DNA of 64,000 nt from Bigelowiella natans CCMP2755 (Eukaryota; Protista; Cercozoa). This document shows positions 12,291 to 24,837 of this stretch, piece after piece; the first letter of the stretch is position 1, and each line of letters starts with the position of its first letter. The notes under the pieces are model-generated. The model was not told the DNA's origin, made no database searches, and saw only the letters and a program-made list of their open reading frames with translations. The position numbers were made by a program, and so were the translations under genes. The stretch spans positions 1 to 64,000 of the forward strand of contig ADNK01001820.1 in assembly GCA_000320545.1 (NCBI GenBank). The letters are read 5' to 3'.

Positions 12291-13292
12291 TCATTCTGGC
12301 CCTAGATAGAGATCGTGTACAGCAAAGGCTATGAATAGTAATCCGCCGAACATAAGAACAATCTGCTCTGAAATTGTAGATGAAAGAAGACGCCCTCCCA
12401 CCACTGCGAGGCCAGTGCAGCATGCATGCCCCAATACCCCCCCTATTGCAACTCCTAGTGGATCGTTGCTAGATGCCAACGCGATCGTTGCAATCTGGGA
12501 ACGATCGCCCCATTCGGCAACAAATGTAAGCAAAAAAGCCTGAATCAGAATCGTAGGGATTAGTGAGCTGAACAGTCCTATCTGATTCGGGTGAGATTTG
12601 GCAATGCCTTGTTCTGAATCTAGCTCTTGCTCAACTTCCTCAAGTTCCTGATTCTTTCCAGGTGCCTTGTTATACATCTCACAGGCCTCGTACAGCATCT
12701 TTATCCCAAAGACTACGAATAGAGCTATTGCAGCATAGTGTGTGTAGGACTTCGATATAATTTTTGGCAGTGCAAAGCCAATGGCCACGGAGAGTAGTGT
12801 CATGAAGGTTAGAGCACTTATTGCTCCCAGGTACACCATCCATCTGCTGCTTTTCATCGCAAGGATGGCTGCTATGAAAAAAGTTTTATCCCCAAGTTCA
12901 GTTGCGATTATCATCGAGAAACTTGTACCAAGAGCAGCCCAGAACTCAACACTGTCCACACCCGCAAGGAAAGTATTCTTATGATACCCATTTTGGATCA
13001 CTGGATCATCATTTGCGGATTTAGTATTTGCACTCGTGTTTTCCATCCTACCAAAACGGGTTCCTACGTGCCCAAACTTTTTTGTGAACGCAATTGAATT
13101 CTCTGAATTATCTGCTGATGGCACAGATTTTTGCCAATTTGTTTCTGTATTCTCAGTCTCAACTACTCTTATCCCTTGTCTTAACATAGGCAGGACGGCA
13201 GGAGTAGCCTGAGCACCTCCGCTCATACTACCCAATAGCATAAGGCAGAGGCAAACCGTCGCCGGCCTAAAACCATTCGCACCTCTAGCCAT
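12291..13292 (-). CDS. GDT1: GDT1/TMEM165 (UPF0016) Ca2+/Mn2+ transporter, intronless, with signal peptide
   Basis: Two UPF0016 motifs (ELGDKTF and EWGDRSQ), an acidic central loop (ELEEVEQEL), GHACCTGLAVVGG and about six TM segments. Confidence 0.95.
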   Translation of the reverse strand: MARGANGFRPATVCLCLMLLGSMSGGAQATPAVLPMLRQGIRVVETENTETNWQKSVPSADNSENSIAFTKKFGHVGTRFGRMENTSANTKSANDDPVIQNGYHKNTFLAGVDSVEFWAALGTSFSMIIATELGDKTFFIAAILAMKSSRWMVYLGAISALTFMTLLSVAIGFALPKIISKSYTHYAAIALFVVFGIKMLYEACEMYNKAPGKNQELEEVEQELDSEQGIAKSHPNQIGLFSSLIPTILIQAFLLTFVAEWGDRSQIATIALASSNDPLGVAIGGVLGHACCTGLAVVGGRLLSSTISEQIVLMFGGLLFIAFAVHDLYLGPE

Positions 13293-13691
13293 GAAGTAGC
13301 TTCTGTGTACGAATAGAACAGCTACGAAGAAAATTATGTGTGCATTCTTCTTCCTCCTCCCTCACACGTTCGACATGGGTGTGCAATTCAGTGGAGCACC
13401 AACGCGATTAGACGTAGCTCGAATAAATACCCACCATTTCATTTTTACGACATAAGTAATTCTATGTCGTAGTAGTCTCCTGAGAAATGCTAGGAAGGTA
13501 TAAAGATTTATTAGTGAAATCCTGAGGAAATCTGGAAATTGTACGTGAAAATATCGAAAAATGGCATGGATTATGATGACGGAGGTGACTCAGGTGTAAG
13601 TAGTCAAACCAATCTATTGCGTGTGCATGTGCTGCTCGTACTCGTACATTTACAGCTTGCTTGCCCCTTGCAGCTTGTCGATTCGTGCAGT

Positions 13692-14990
13692 ATGATGAGA
13701 TTATCTGCGATGCGGATTTACAATTTAGTGGCAAAGGCAGCATTAGTAATCACAATGGCAAGTTTGGCATTCTTGATTATTCTTCTGAATGACGCCTGGA
13801 TCTCTTCAGAGCTGAAGTTGCTTCCCGTCGTTATCAGCGTTAAGCTAACATCTGGCTTCATGCGTCCAAATATGGGTTCCTTACCAGCACGCCCGAACCC
13901 GTTTGTTGCTGCCCGATCGTTGGGTGGATCACTTTCAGGGAAAGGAAGGAGACGTTTGCTGGCACCCCCGCCTCCGACTCTTCTCACAAACACAAATGCA
14001 ATGAGGAGACTAATAATTAACTTTGACAAGCTAGAGTCCGCTTTTGGGAAGGAATTTTTCAAGTATTATAGCACAGCACAAAAAAATTCCATAAAAGCTG
14101 GAGAGCTTCGGAAATTTTTGAGAAGAGGTTACAGAATAATTGATGTCCGCCCTGAAGCAGAAGCAAGATTGATTCGACCTAGAGACAGTATGAACATTGA
14201 ATTTACTCCGGATTCGAAGATTCCTGATCAAGAGAAAACAAGTGGTGGTAAGGGAACATGCACTGGCGTCTCTCCATCATTCAAAATATCTGGTTTCTCA
14301 AAACAACATCGGGTTCTTAAAGAATGTCGAACACAAAATCCGGCTTGACCCTCAATCCTCAGGAAGTGATTCGAAGATAATTGTTGTTTGTGCGGATGGA
14401 TCTCTGTCCCTAATCGCTTGTAAGCAACTTAGAGATTCTGGTATGGATTAAAAGTAGGAAACTATAAAATATCTCATCCATCATATTTTTCATGTATCCC
14501 ACTTGATTAGATTACTCCTTTTATTCATATTGCTGAATCTTAAAGAATAAAAGCCTGTACGACTATCTTTTACACATTCATACTCATACGTAGGATACAC
14601 AAAGGCTCAATGGCTGGCTGGAGGGTTGAGCAATGTGCCCTATGGTATCCTCGTAAACGAAGGCAAAAAAAAAGGTGATGGATACGAATCTAAAATGATA
14701 TAGCTTTAATTTTATTGCTATTCCTTAAATATAAAGCCAATAGTGTTTGCTTCGTATTTACTCCACGTAACAATATATGCCAATATTTAATATAGCCTGT
14801 AGTAAGCATTTATCGTGTGTGCATATGGTTGTTGTGTATGTCTGTGATGCTGATGGAGAGTATATGCGTGGATGTACGTGCGTGTATGTGATAGCGCATG
14901 TTCCTACGATACGCATATGTGAATACGCTATCGATGAGGTATCCTGGATACGCAGCAGAAAAAGGCAGTGATGTCGATCGAGTACAGTGA
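13692..14990 (+). CDS. Single-domain rhodanese-like protein with possible bipartite (signal + transit) plastid leader
   Basis: GYRIIDVRP..., NNIGFLKNVE, KIIVVCADGSLSLIACKQLRDSG|YTKAQWLAGGL (exon from 14594). Hydrophobic leader followed by an R/S/G/P-rich segment. Start (13566 or 13692) and stop (14703 or 14990) are uncertain, and there is a frame break near 14300. Confidence 0.75.
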
Positions 14991-15667
14991 TAATTACTAG
15001 ATTAAAAGACAGGGCACACTAACGTATCTATTTTGATCTAGTGATCACGCGCGCACATCTAGGCATCTAGGCATGTCACGACGTGTACAGCTGCACACAT
15101 TCGTTGCATGATAGGCTCGTAATAAACAGCTCTAGAGCTGTTGAAATGACGTACTTACGATAGGATTTTACTCATACTGAGCATATAAGCACGTAGCATC
15201 TGTGCTTTTGTTGCCATGCATGCAGCCGCATATTGCTGATTGTCTACCGAAACTACTAGACTACTGTGACTACTAGACTAGACTAGGACACGCCGGAGGG
15301 CTAGAGGGGCTTATTCGCGATCTGCGAGCTACATGCTGGCATGGCCATGATTTGAGGGAAGAATAGGGGGGGGAAAGGCACTGACTGAGAGATGTTACGC
15401 TTAAGAAAACATGGCAGCATGGATCAGGCTACCATGGCAGATCTAAAAATGCATTGCTGATGAGACATGTGTTTTCATGTTTGTAATAATGACAATACAT
15501 CTATATCCATTTACGTTATTACTATGACGTTAGCCTCATTAACCTCTTCTAGATCTAAGAAGAAAAAAATTTGTCATTGGGAAACGTGGACGGAGTTAGA
15601 ATTAGCTCCTTTGTTTCAAGAAGTAACCAAATTTTCAGATTGTCTACTCATGCTAGACTTTTTCAAA

Positions 15668-16730
15668 TTAAATAGCAGCATTTGCCATTGCTACACTAAG
15701 CTTCATATTTGCAAAGGCTCCCATAGCGTGACCACAGGATGTCATATACCATACTTTCTTCGGGAAATGATGCGATACTCTGTGAAAAAAGTCCATTTCA
15801 ATTATTGCATGTTGTCGTGTCAGGTATTATCTTTCAGTGTTGTGCATATGGTATTTGTACCTGAAGAAAAATATCCCGATTGCGTAGTATGTGAGTAATT
15901 CTGGAAGGAAGTCATAGGGGCAGTAGAAGATGTGTGAAACTATAACGACAACCACGGCCGCAATATCGATTTTATGGATCAAGCTATTCTGCCTGAAACG
16001 GTTGAACATCAATGTGAAATCCAGAGATATTTTTGTCAAAAGGAAGGTAAATGGTGGGCGAAGTAGAATTGGACTGACTGAACCAGGAACACAATGTCGA
16101 CCTTCTATCAAATCCATGATACGCTATCGAAGTGATAATGACGCAGAAAGATGCAAGCTGAAGTAGAAGTGCTTGCGCATAAACCAGCGAGAGGATCTGA
16201 ATGCAAAACCATGATCATTGTTTAGTTTTGTCTGACATCAAGATTATCACCGTTCCAATCATTGCTGTGATCAGCGTTATGTTGTTAGCCATGGCTGGAG
16301 GATTGTCTGGGACAGCGTCTACGAAAGTCAACTACTTTGACTTGCGACAACCTTTTTATATTGTCGCAGATTATCAAACATAGTCCTTATTCGACCACAT
16401 TAATTACACTGTACGTTCACATCATGTTTTCCATGTGTTGTTACATGCTCGTGTAGATGATCTAGTAAGAAATAAGTCTCGATGAAGCACGAAAAGTAAA
16501 TACAAGAAAACATTTGGCAGGATTGTACTAAATTATCGGTGCATGATGGTAGACAAATATTTGAGGATAGTTCAGGGTTTTTGGTCGACTATATTTAGAT
16601 CTAGATCTACAGTTATCCACAATGATATGATCCACATGTCATTTCAAGTTTCACACACATATTCTTTTGTGTTTCTGTTTCGGTGGATCTCGTACTCGTA
16701 GTAGGTCAAAGTAGCTGTGTTGAGTCGCTC
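15668..16730 (-). CDS. Small multi-pass membrane protein, CREST-superfamily-like; 5' end unresolved
   Basis: Spliced exons read ...YAVPDNPPAMANNITLITAMIGT|ILSLVYAQALLLQLASFCVIITSIAYHGFDRR|QNSLIHKIDIAAVVVVIVSHIFY...AIGIFFF|SIASFPEKVWYMTSCGHAMGAFANMKLSVAMANAAI*. SxxxH, a downstream D and a C-terminal H are present. Confidence 0.6.
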
Positions 16731-16953
16731 CTGACGAATGTAGGTTAAAAAGGATGCTTCAGTGGTAATACCGGAAAGAAAAATTCTTATGTTTTAACAT
16801 CGATTTTTGTGTCGTAGCACCGTAACGCCCTTTTTCTTCCTATCGACTACTCAGCAGGATACCCCACTACGAGTCGTAGTAACAGTGCTCCAAGCAACTG
16901 TGAAGGAGGTGGTGGTGGTGGTGCTGGTGTCTCTTCTATCCGCTACAGCGCTC

Positions 16954-17668
16954 ATGCCACGGGTGTTGGTGATCGGGTTTGGAAGCGTCGGCAGGTGCAG
17001 CTCCTCAAGACACAAAACAAGAATAATTTCGTATGCGGTGTATGCTTCGACACAGAGCGCTGTAAAAAAACACGGCATTTCTTCTGCAAGGTTTAGTGCT
17101 CACCGATTACTCCTTCGTGTAGGAAGTTGCTTCAAATCCTTACACAAAAACGTGAATGCCTGTCGCCATGGGGAGGGATCCCAGCACTCACGAAGTTGGC
17201 ACGCCAAATCTCAATTGTGGGAATTACAACCCGTTCTCGGGGATCACTCATAAACCAAACTGACGGTCAGTGTACCGAATCTGATAAGAAGCTTTTATGC
17301 ATGCTTAGAAGTTCAGTTGAATAGTTTATTTTACTACGTTTCGACATGAACATATCTGAAGCACCTAATCGTACCATTATTATTTGGCCACCATCACCAC
17401 CACCACCATCGACCATCATCAGGAGTGGATCTAGATGGAGCCCTGGCGCATTTTGGTCCCCAAAACCCTGACCACTCAAGCATCATCACGAGTGAAGAAG
17501 CTGTCGAAAAACTAGAATATGACATTCTTGTGGTAATAATAGTTACGGACTAAGTAGAGAAAAAGGAAAATCAAAGGACAAATTGTGAAAAGAAGGGTGA
17601 GAGAGGTTAATAGAGGAGGAGAGAAAAGATATGCCTTCGAGAGGAATTTCTACTCCTACGATTATTTG

Positions 17669-17709
<41 letters not shown>

Positions 17710-18936
17710 CTGCTTCGGCCGCTATCGCCTGTTATTGTATTACATGTAATTTGTGTTGAAACATCCGCTGTTGTGATAGGAACTCTCTACTCTCGAGATT
17801 AAGACAAAGGGTTTTCCTGCAATTGCGTATGTAGAAAACGCTCTTCAAAAGGGTTCGCATGTAGTCTCGGCCAACAAAGGGCCAGTGGCCTTCGAAGCAA
17901 AGCGGCTTCTAAAACTCGCAGAGCGACAGAACAGGTTTTGAACAAATGTTGCATCTCTCCAGTGCCGTTGATAGGGAAACCAATTTGTAAATGTTTACGA
18001 ACTGCCAACATATTTATTTATGTTTTTGGAATTTTCGCATCTATTTGGTTAACTCTTTATTTCTCCTGCTCTTCTCTCACTTTATATCAATGCATTCTAA
18101 TATTGTGTTGTTGCGAATCTTCGGCTTTCGTGTTTGCCTGGTGCCTTGACCAGTTCTTCATTCAAATGAGACGATGATTTCTAACAGATTATTTCTGTCC
18201 GAGTCAGCGGTAATGGATGGTGCTCCTATATTCGGCCTGCAAAGGTATGTGTGCTATCGCAGAATAGACGATGGTTGTTATGCGAAGTATAACCTGCTAA
18301 TCTAAATATCGAGATAATACTGCTGCTGTGTAATCCCAAAATTTCCCGACATGTTTATATTTATTTGCAGGTCCGCCCTGAAAGGAGCCCAGGTCTGCTC
18401 TCTTGGTCCACCATTTGTATGAGATGAATGTAGGCGTTTTGAATGAGTTTTTGAGATAGCACTGAAGGCACTTTCAAACAAACACACACACACGCACCAA
18501 GGCTGCTTTACGTATAACTTTCTATCCGAACAAATCCCTAACTCAAGAGTAAATTGCAAGGTGAAGGCCATTGAAGGAGTTCTGAACTCAACAACAACGC
18601 TTGTGATCGACGAGATCGTCAATAACCAACGAGTATGTCATGTGATATCTACTCACTTATTCTTGTTCTCCGTGTTGTGCGAGTATCTTGACAAATCTCG
18701 TTGACAAATCTCGTTTGAGGCATATGACCGATGATCAGTCGTTCCACGAAGCTGTGAGTATCGCTCAACAGATAGGTAGTAGCTGCAAATGTATAATCTC
18801 CTTGGATGTAACAAGTGGTGTCCGAAATTAAAACAGAGGATAGCACTAAGTATGCAGATTCCTACATCTTTTCTTCCCTATCGTTGTGTGAGATGTTTGT
18901 GTTGAGTGCGTACACATACACTTTATAAACTTACAG

Positions 18937-18975
<39 letters not shown>

Positions 18976-19843
18976 GCATCGCAGAGGCGAATCCAAGCAA
19001 CGATCTCTCGGTTGGTATAAAATATTCATCTAAGCAGCCCGTTTGTGCTCTTCTTAACGACGAAATATAACCTTAAGGGCTTGGACTCTGCATGCAAGAT
19101 CGCAGCTCTAGCCAACCTTTTTCTACCGGTAGTAGCAGTAAAGAACACAGACGACCATATAAGGGGGGGGAGGGATACTGACTGCTATGAATAATACATG
19201 TACATAATTTGCTGTATAGCTGGAAGCTGGCTCTCTAGACCCGCTTGCGATCCCTCGTGATATTCTGACGATGGAGACCCTTAATCATCACCTGAAAGCG
19301 GAAGGAAATAATAGTATCCAAGCTGTTGCTCAAGGGCGTGGATCTGATATTGCTGGCGTTGGGAGAGGAGGTGCAGTGAGGTTGGTGAGTCGAGCGGCTG
19401 TAACCGAAACCGGAGAAATTGAGGCATCTGTTGGTACATCATCACAAAAAAATAAAAGAGACAGCAGTCATATAGAAAATAAGGCAATGTCATCGTTTTT
19501 TACAATTCATGGAAATCATCCTGAACATTGTTATAACATCTTAGAGCTAAAAGCGGTAGGGAGGGGCACGGTATTCGACTCACTGAAAGGGACAGGAGCG
19601 GCCCTCTCAATATATACCGACTTGATGACGCCAATCACAATTGTACAGGTTGGATAGACTGTAGGAAATAAGACATCAATCGATATGATTCTAGCAAATA
19701 TTGAGAGGGGTTTTGCGTTTTCTTTGCATACAGGATGCTCCTACACTGAGCGATACTGCCTTTGGTGTTCTCGAGGATATGCTGACGATCATGGACGTAA
19801 TGGCCAAGGATAACGTTGACTCAGCTCTGCAGGATTTAGATGC

Positions 19844-19847
<4 letters not shown>
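16954..19847 (+). CDS. Monofunctional homoserine dehydrogenase (no aspartokinase or ACT domain)
   Basis: About 13 exons: MPRVLVIGFGSVGR, HVVSANKGPVA, LSESAVMDGAPIF, IEGVLNSTTT, AQQIGIAEANPSNDLSGLDSACKIAALAN, LKGTGAALSIYTDLM, DTAFGVLED; stop TAA at 19845-19847. Confidence 0.92.
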
Positions 19848-19884
<37 letters not shown>

Positions 19885-19900
19885 TGATATGTGTGCTTGC

Positions 19901-19940
<40 letters not shown>

Positions 19941-20535
19941 ATAATCACAAGAAGCTTCATGCCTGCGAAGAGTACGGTGTTGCAAGATTTTTAATTTGTC
20001 AAGATGTATGAAAACAAGAACAGAAAGTCCTATGTATCAACGTGAAATCTGCAACCTGCTGACCGACTTTAATACCTTTTTGTGTCCTAAATACGTGGCC
20101 TAAGCTGCTTGTGATTACTAGCCATAGACCAGCCCGGTCTAATATCACAAGTTGCTTTCATTTTCCACATTTACAGCTGTGTAATTGATTCGATATAACG
20201 CTAGCTAAATGCATAAATGTATGCATTCACAACCGCTACACTTCATTTCGACCTGCTGCATCACATGCGCTGTACGTGAGCGTTCGTATAGCATGCATAC
20301 CCTGTACTGCACGCTTTGCTTGTAACTTCTACGTATGGCCATTACGTGCAACGTAAGCAAGAATCGATCGCAAATAAGCGATCCATGCATAGCGGTATAG
20401 CACATCACACATAGTGTAGGCGTAACATGTGCCGGAAATAATGTCAAGCAGTGTTGCAGTATAAGCTACACCTACACAATCACGGTAGGAGGGCGTGCGT
20501 GAGCGCTGGAAAGATGCACTATATCTTACTACGCA

Positions 20536-21618
20536 TTATCTTCTTTGATGTATGCAGTGTTCCTTTGTTGCCTTTCTATGCGCTCGCAGATAAGGAGTGA
20601 AGACTGTACCCCCTGTACCGAGTACCTCTGCATCGTCTCGCTTGTCCCATTGCCTCACGAACTTGTGCGTGAGTTCCATGTGTAACGTGCGGAACTCCCA
20701 AAGTCGATTCAACACCATGTCGAAAGCGGCGCTGGTCTCCACTCCGTGCTCCTTGCAGGCCTCTCTTAACGCTCTTCCTCCTGGCTCAAGGTCCACTATC
20801 AACTCTCGGTGTTTTGGAGGCATGTATTGGCGCATTGTCATCAGATATGGTACCAGTCCCGCAGCGTTCGCATCGCCTTTTACACCAGCACCGCATTGAA
20901 GTCCTAGGCTAGAATCAATTGCAGGGATAAGGGATGACTGCGCACCAGTCTCACCAAAGAAGCGCTCGCGTCTTCGTTGTTCTTGATTTCCTCCTGGCAC
21001 TCCTTGGTAGCCAAGTCCTTGGGGAAAGAGATTGCTGTCATTCCATCCGCCCATAGGAAGCCTCACCCGCGTGTGATATATGTATGAATCGCAGCGCTCC
21101 TCCATTCGTCGCAAAATATTTGTGCAACTCTCGAGCGCCTCGGCGGCCCGTTCTAGCGCGAGGGCTATCCCCTGTGCGTCAAGTTTTATCACTGCAGCGT
21201 GGGCATCTACCATGGCCTGCAGTGCGCTTCCACCTTGTGCTTCGATGGCTACGTGGACCATGCTAAACCTAAAATAATTCTAGCCGTCAATCGTGATAAT
21301 ACCTGCTTCTCATTCCTTATATGTTGTTATAATACCATTCCTCGTCCTGACCGCCGCGGAAATTCAGAAGTCTGGTAATATTGCCCAGCTCAACACCCTT
21401 TTCAGGATTTATTCTCTTCCAATTACACGCATTATAACTGTATTCCACAATGCACACATGAACATAGGACAAGAACAAACAGAGCATACAATTAGATATG
21501 CGACTGTAACAGAATTAAAGAGGATTTGCCTTCTGCGAGCAAAATATTGTTGGTAAACACAAATACAGTCAACACTTATGTTAGCCAAGAAACCACACAC
21601 ACACACACACACACACAC

Positions 21619-21671
<53 letters not shown>

Positions 21672-22741
21672 AGAGAAAGAGGGAAAGAGAAAAACACCTA
21701 TAGTACGTGAGTACAGTTGGTCGATCTAAAGCCTCTGTTATAGCAGTCCAAGGCACTGCAATGCTCGCTGGGAGTTCTTTCGCAGGCTTTGCTTTTGCCA
21801 CTTTATCATCGTCGGAGGCCCACACGAAACTATGCGCCAAGAAAGATAAAACAAGATTTGCTCTCTCCAGAGCGGGCTGCCCCCCGTTTTCTTGCAGGAA
21901 GGAAACCAAATGATTTCCCCCCTTCTCCTTCTGTGAATCGTTATGATCATAATCAGAGAGAGAGGTAAGCGGTGGGGGCATCTCTCTTAGCAGGTGTTCT
22001 CGCAGCTGCCCTGTCGCCCATAGACCAGGAAGATTTCTCGCCAGCTCATCCCATACAAGTAAGGACTAGTGATAGATGATGAAAATTAGAGATAATGACA
22101 GATAATGAGAATGAGAATGTAAGTTTATAAAAATCACTTGTTAATAATGTTAAGTTCGACATCTGCATTTGGCCCTCCATTGTCTCTGGGCAGAGCTTCG
22201 AGAGGATCTGCAAGCGATATATCAACATTCTGAATGATATATACTGTTGCTGTCAATCCAATAAGTATAAAACTTATCCCCTTTCTCCCGTTTCTATTGT
22301 TATGTTATTGCCAACCTCCAGACATTAGGAATCCTCTGCTTTCGGAGCAATTATAGTCCTTCAAGTTTTTGACGAACTATTTGATTTCATGTACTTTAGA
22401 GAAATAAAGTGAAGAAAACCAGAAAGGGTAACTGGTAAGAGGACGGAAGAGAAGGACGCTCGACTCCAAAACTATGTCGATTGCTTCTGCTGGAAAGAAA
22501 TACTAATTTGCTACAGCTGAACGACAGATTCCTCCCATTTCCGATAAAACAAGAATAGCACTTTAAGTAAGTTAAAGCAGAAAACGCGTGGATCTATACC
22601 TTCCGTTCCTTCCGAAAGGCGCAAAGCCGACGGCTGAAACCACGCGTGGCCATCTCCACGCTTCGATTCGTTTAACTCAGAATATGAAATGGAGAGTTGT
22701 CGCACTACTTTTATCCCCTTTTTTTCTTCTAGTTTCCCCAT
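20536..22741 (-). CDS. IDO: Indoleamine 2,3-dioxygenase (IDO/PrnB-like heme dioxygenase)
   Basis: Spliced exons give SRGFL..DPLEALP, WDELARNLP, LSFLAHSFVW, LPASIAVPW..LDRPTVLTYYSYNACNW, FRGGQDEEWFSMVHVAIEA, GETGAQSSLIP, MRQYMPPKHR, FRTLH (proximal His) and GTGGT. Confidence 0.93.
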
Positions 22742-22953
22742 GCTCTAACCCAGAGAAATTTGCCTATAAAAAAAAGTGAGCTGAATAAAATATTTTCTCG
22801 GGTTATGCAATTTTTTGGCGGGAGCGAGGGTCGAAAAATGTTTTGTGGTTATGTGGGGAGTTTTAATTATACGTCACGAGTTCTTTGCTTGTCGCATCCA
22901 AAACTAAGCACTTCTCAACACCCCAGAGCTTTCCTCACCCCGATCGACCTAAC
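22742..22953. promoter_or_regulatory. Probable bidirectional promoter between IDO and centrin
   Basis: Only 212 bp separate the two divergent start codons. Inferred from geometry; no motif identified. Confidence 0.55.
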
Positions 22954-23328
22954 ATGGACAAGACGACCGGAAATAGATTTCTTTCGCGCTACTCCGATGC
23001 GAAAGGGGTAAAACCATAAGCATGCTTCCAATTATCCTCGCCCTAATGTGTGCTAATGTGAATGCCAGCTCTTTGGAAAGAAGAGTAAACCTTCGAGCAA
23101 AGCAGAACCGTTGACAGAGGAGCAACTCGACGAAATCAAGGAGGCGTTCACACTCTTTGACACAAACCATACCGGTACTAAGTACTGTCTTTTATAACCT
23201 TAAAACACTAATGGAATGTTGTTCCTACCTATGAGGATAAGCGTTCTCTCTCTCTCTCTCTTCCTGTCTTTCCTAATACAGATATCACACATATCACACA
23301 TTTTTACACACACACACACACACACACA

Positions 23329-23368
<40 letters not shown>

Positions 23369-23394
23369 ATGTGTGTTTCTGTGTGTTTATGTGT

Positions 23395-23435
<41 letters not shown>

Positions 23436-24021
23436 GTATGGGATATACTTGATTCCCGGCCTATGTGATGCAAAAGGGACCATAAATGTACGCGAGCTCA
23501 AAGCTGCCATGAGAGCTCTTGGTTTTCAGCTAAAGAGGGAAGAAGTTAAAAAAATGCTTGACGACATAGATAAAGATGGAAACTCTGAAATAACTCTCGA
23601 CGAGTTCACAAATATGATGGCGCAGAAAATGGTCAGAAACTTAAGTTTCTTTCCTATAATCCTTGATCTCATAAATTTGACATCAAAACTTTAGCCTCTA
23701 CGAGACACCAAGGAAGAGATTCTAAAAGTGTTCAAGCTATTCGATGTCGACAACTCTGGCTATATAACGCTGAAAAATCTTCGGAGAATATGCCAGGAGC
23801 TTGGAGAGCAATTGTAAGTCTTCAGAACTCTTTTCTTTATGCCATATACAGTCCTCATGGAACCATTCCAATTTTGTCACAGGAGTGAGCAAGATATGGC
23901 AGAGATGATTGAGGAAGCAGATCGTGATCAAGACGGGCAAATTAGCCCCGATGAGTTTTATCGCGTTATGAAAAAAAGAGGAAATAACCCACTCGATGAT
24001 TGGAGTTCTGACGAAGATTGA
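22954..24021 (+). CDS. Centrin (caltractin), four EF-hands
   Basis: Exons approx. 22954-23007, 23069-23174, 23478-23631, 23695-23813, 23883-24021: [77 protein letters not shown], with an acidic tail [11 protein letters not shown]. Confidence 0.93.
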
Positions 24022-24837
24022 TAATTGCTAAAAAACGGAACTTCTCAGTCTTCAACGAGATCGCGCTGCAATTTTTTATATCGGTTCACCTTCTTAGGAG
24101 GATGGAAATACATGTCATTCTAGCAATTTAGTTCAGCAGTGGCTCCGCAGTAGGTGATGTTTTGGTTGCGTGCTGTGGCTAAATGTTCTAGCTTCTAGCG
24201 TTGATCAATGTAGCTGCACACATCTAGATGCCTAGATGTGCACGTGCGTTCATGCATGCTCGCGGCGTCGACAATGATGCAAACTATGGGCGAACTGTAG
24301 CAATGATTGATGATTATTTCACAATAACGCCACACTAGCTAGCTAGGCTAGTAGGCCATGAAAATGTGTCTAGTAATCTTAGTACGTTGGCAGCTATGCC
24401 ATAATGACTAAGTAGAACAGGCAGACATTAAGTATACAGCTAGTAGGTGTAGTCGTCTAGCGTAGCCGCACGATAACATGCAGCGGTTTGCTTGGCCATT
24501 TTCGGCGCCTGCTACACTGAGTCTGAGATGTTGACCGTGCGTGGCGTAAATTAGCGGCGATGGCCTCGGATCGCCGTTCGCTTACGAAATTTGTCATGGA
24601 TAGCTATGTAAGCTAGTAAGAGCAATATTGATGTCGTCATAATTGTGATAATTTTTTCCCTAAATACATGCTGGCGTATTTTATTCACATTTATCAATTG
24701 AAGTAGACATCGAGCTAATGTACTTGGTACTCTAAACAAACATATATGTCGTAAAGAAGATGTGTCATATGCTTTAAATATGCAAAATCCTATGGTGAAT
24801 AGAGTACATTTCATATTCTCCAACGTATGAGATAGCT

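Noticed and set aside
16954-22741. Homoserine dehydrogenase + IDO as a metabolic gene cluster
   Set aside because: Different pathways, convergent orientation, and no other pathway genes nearby.
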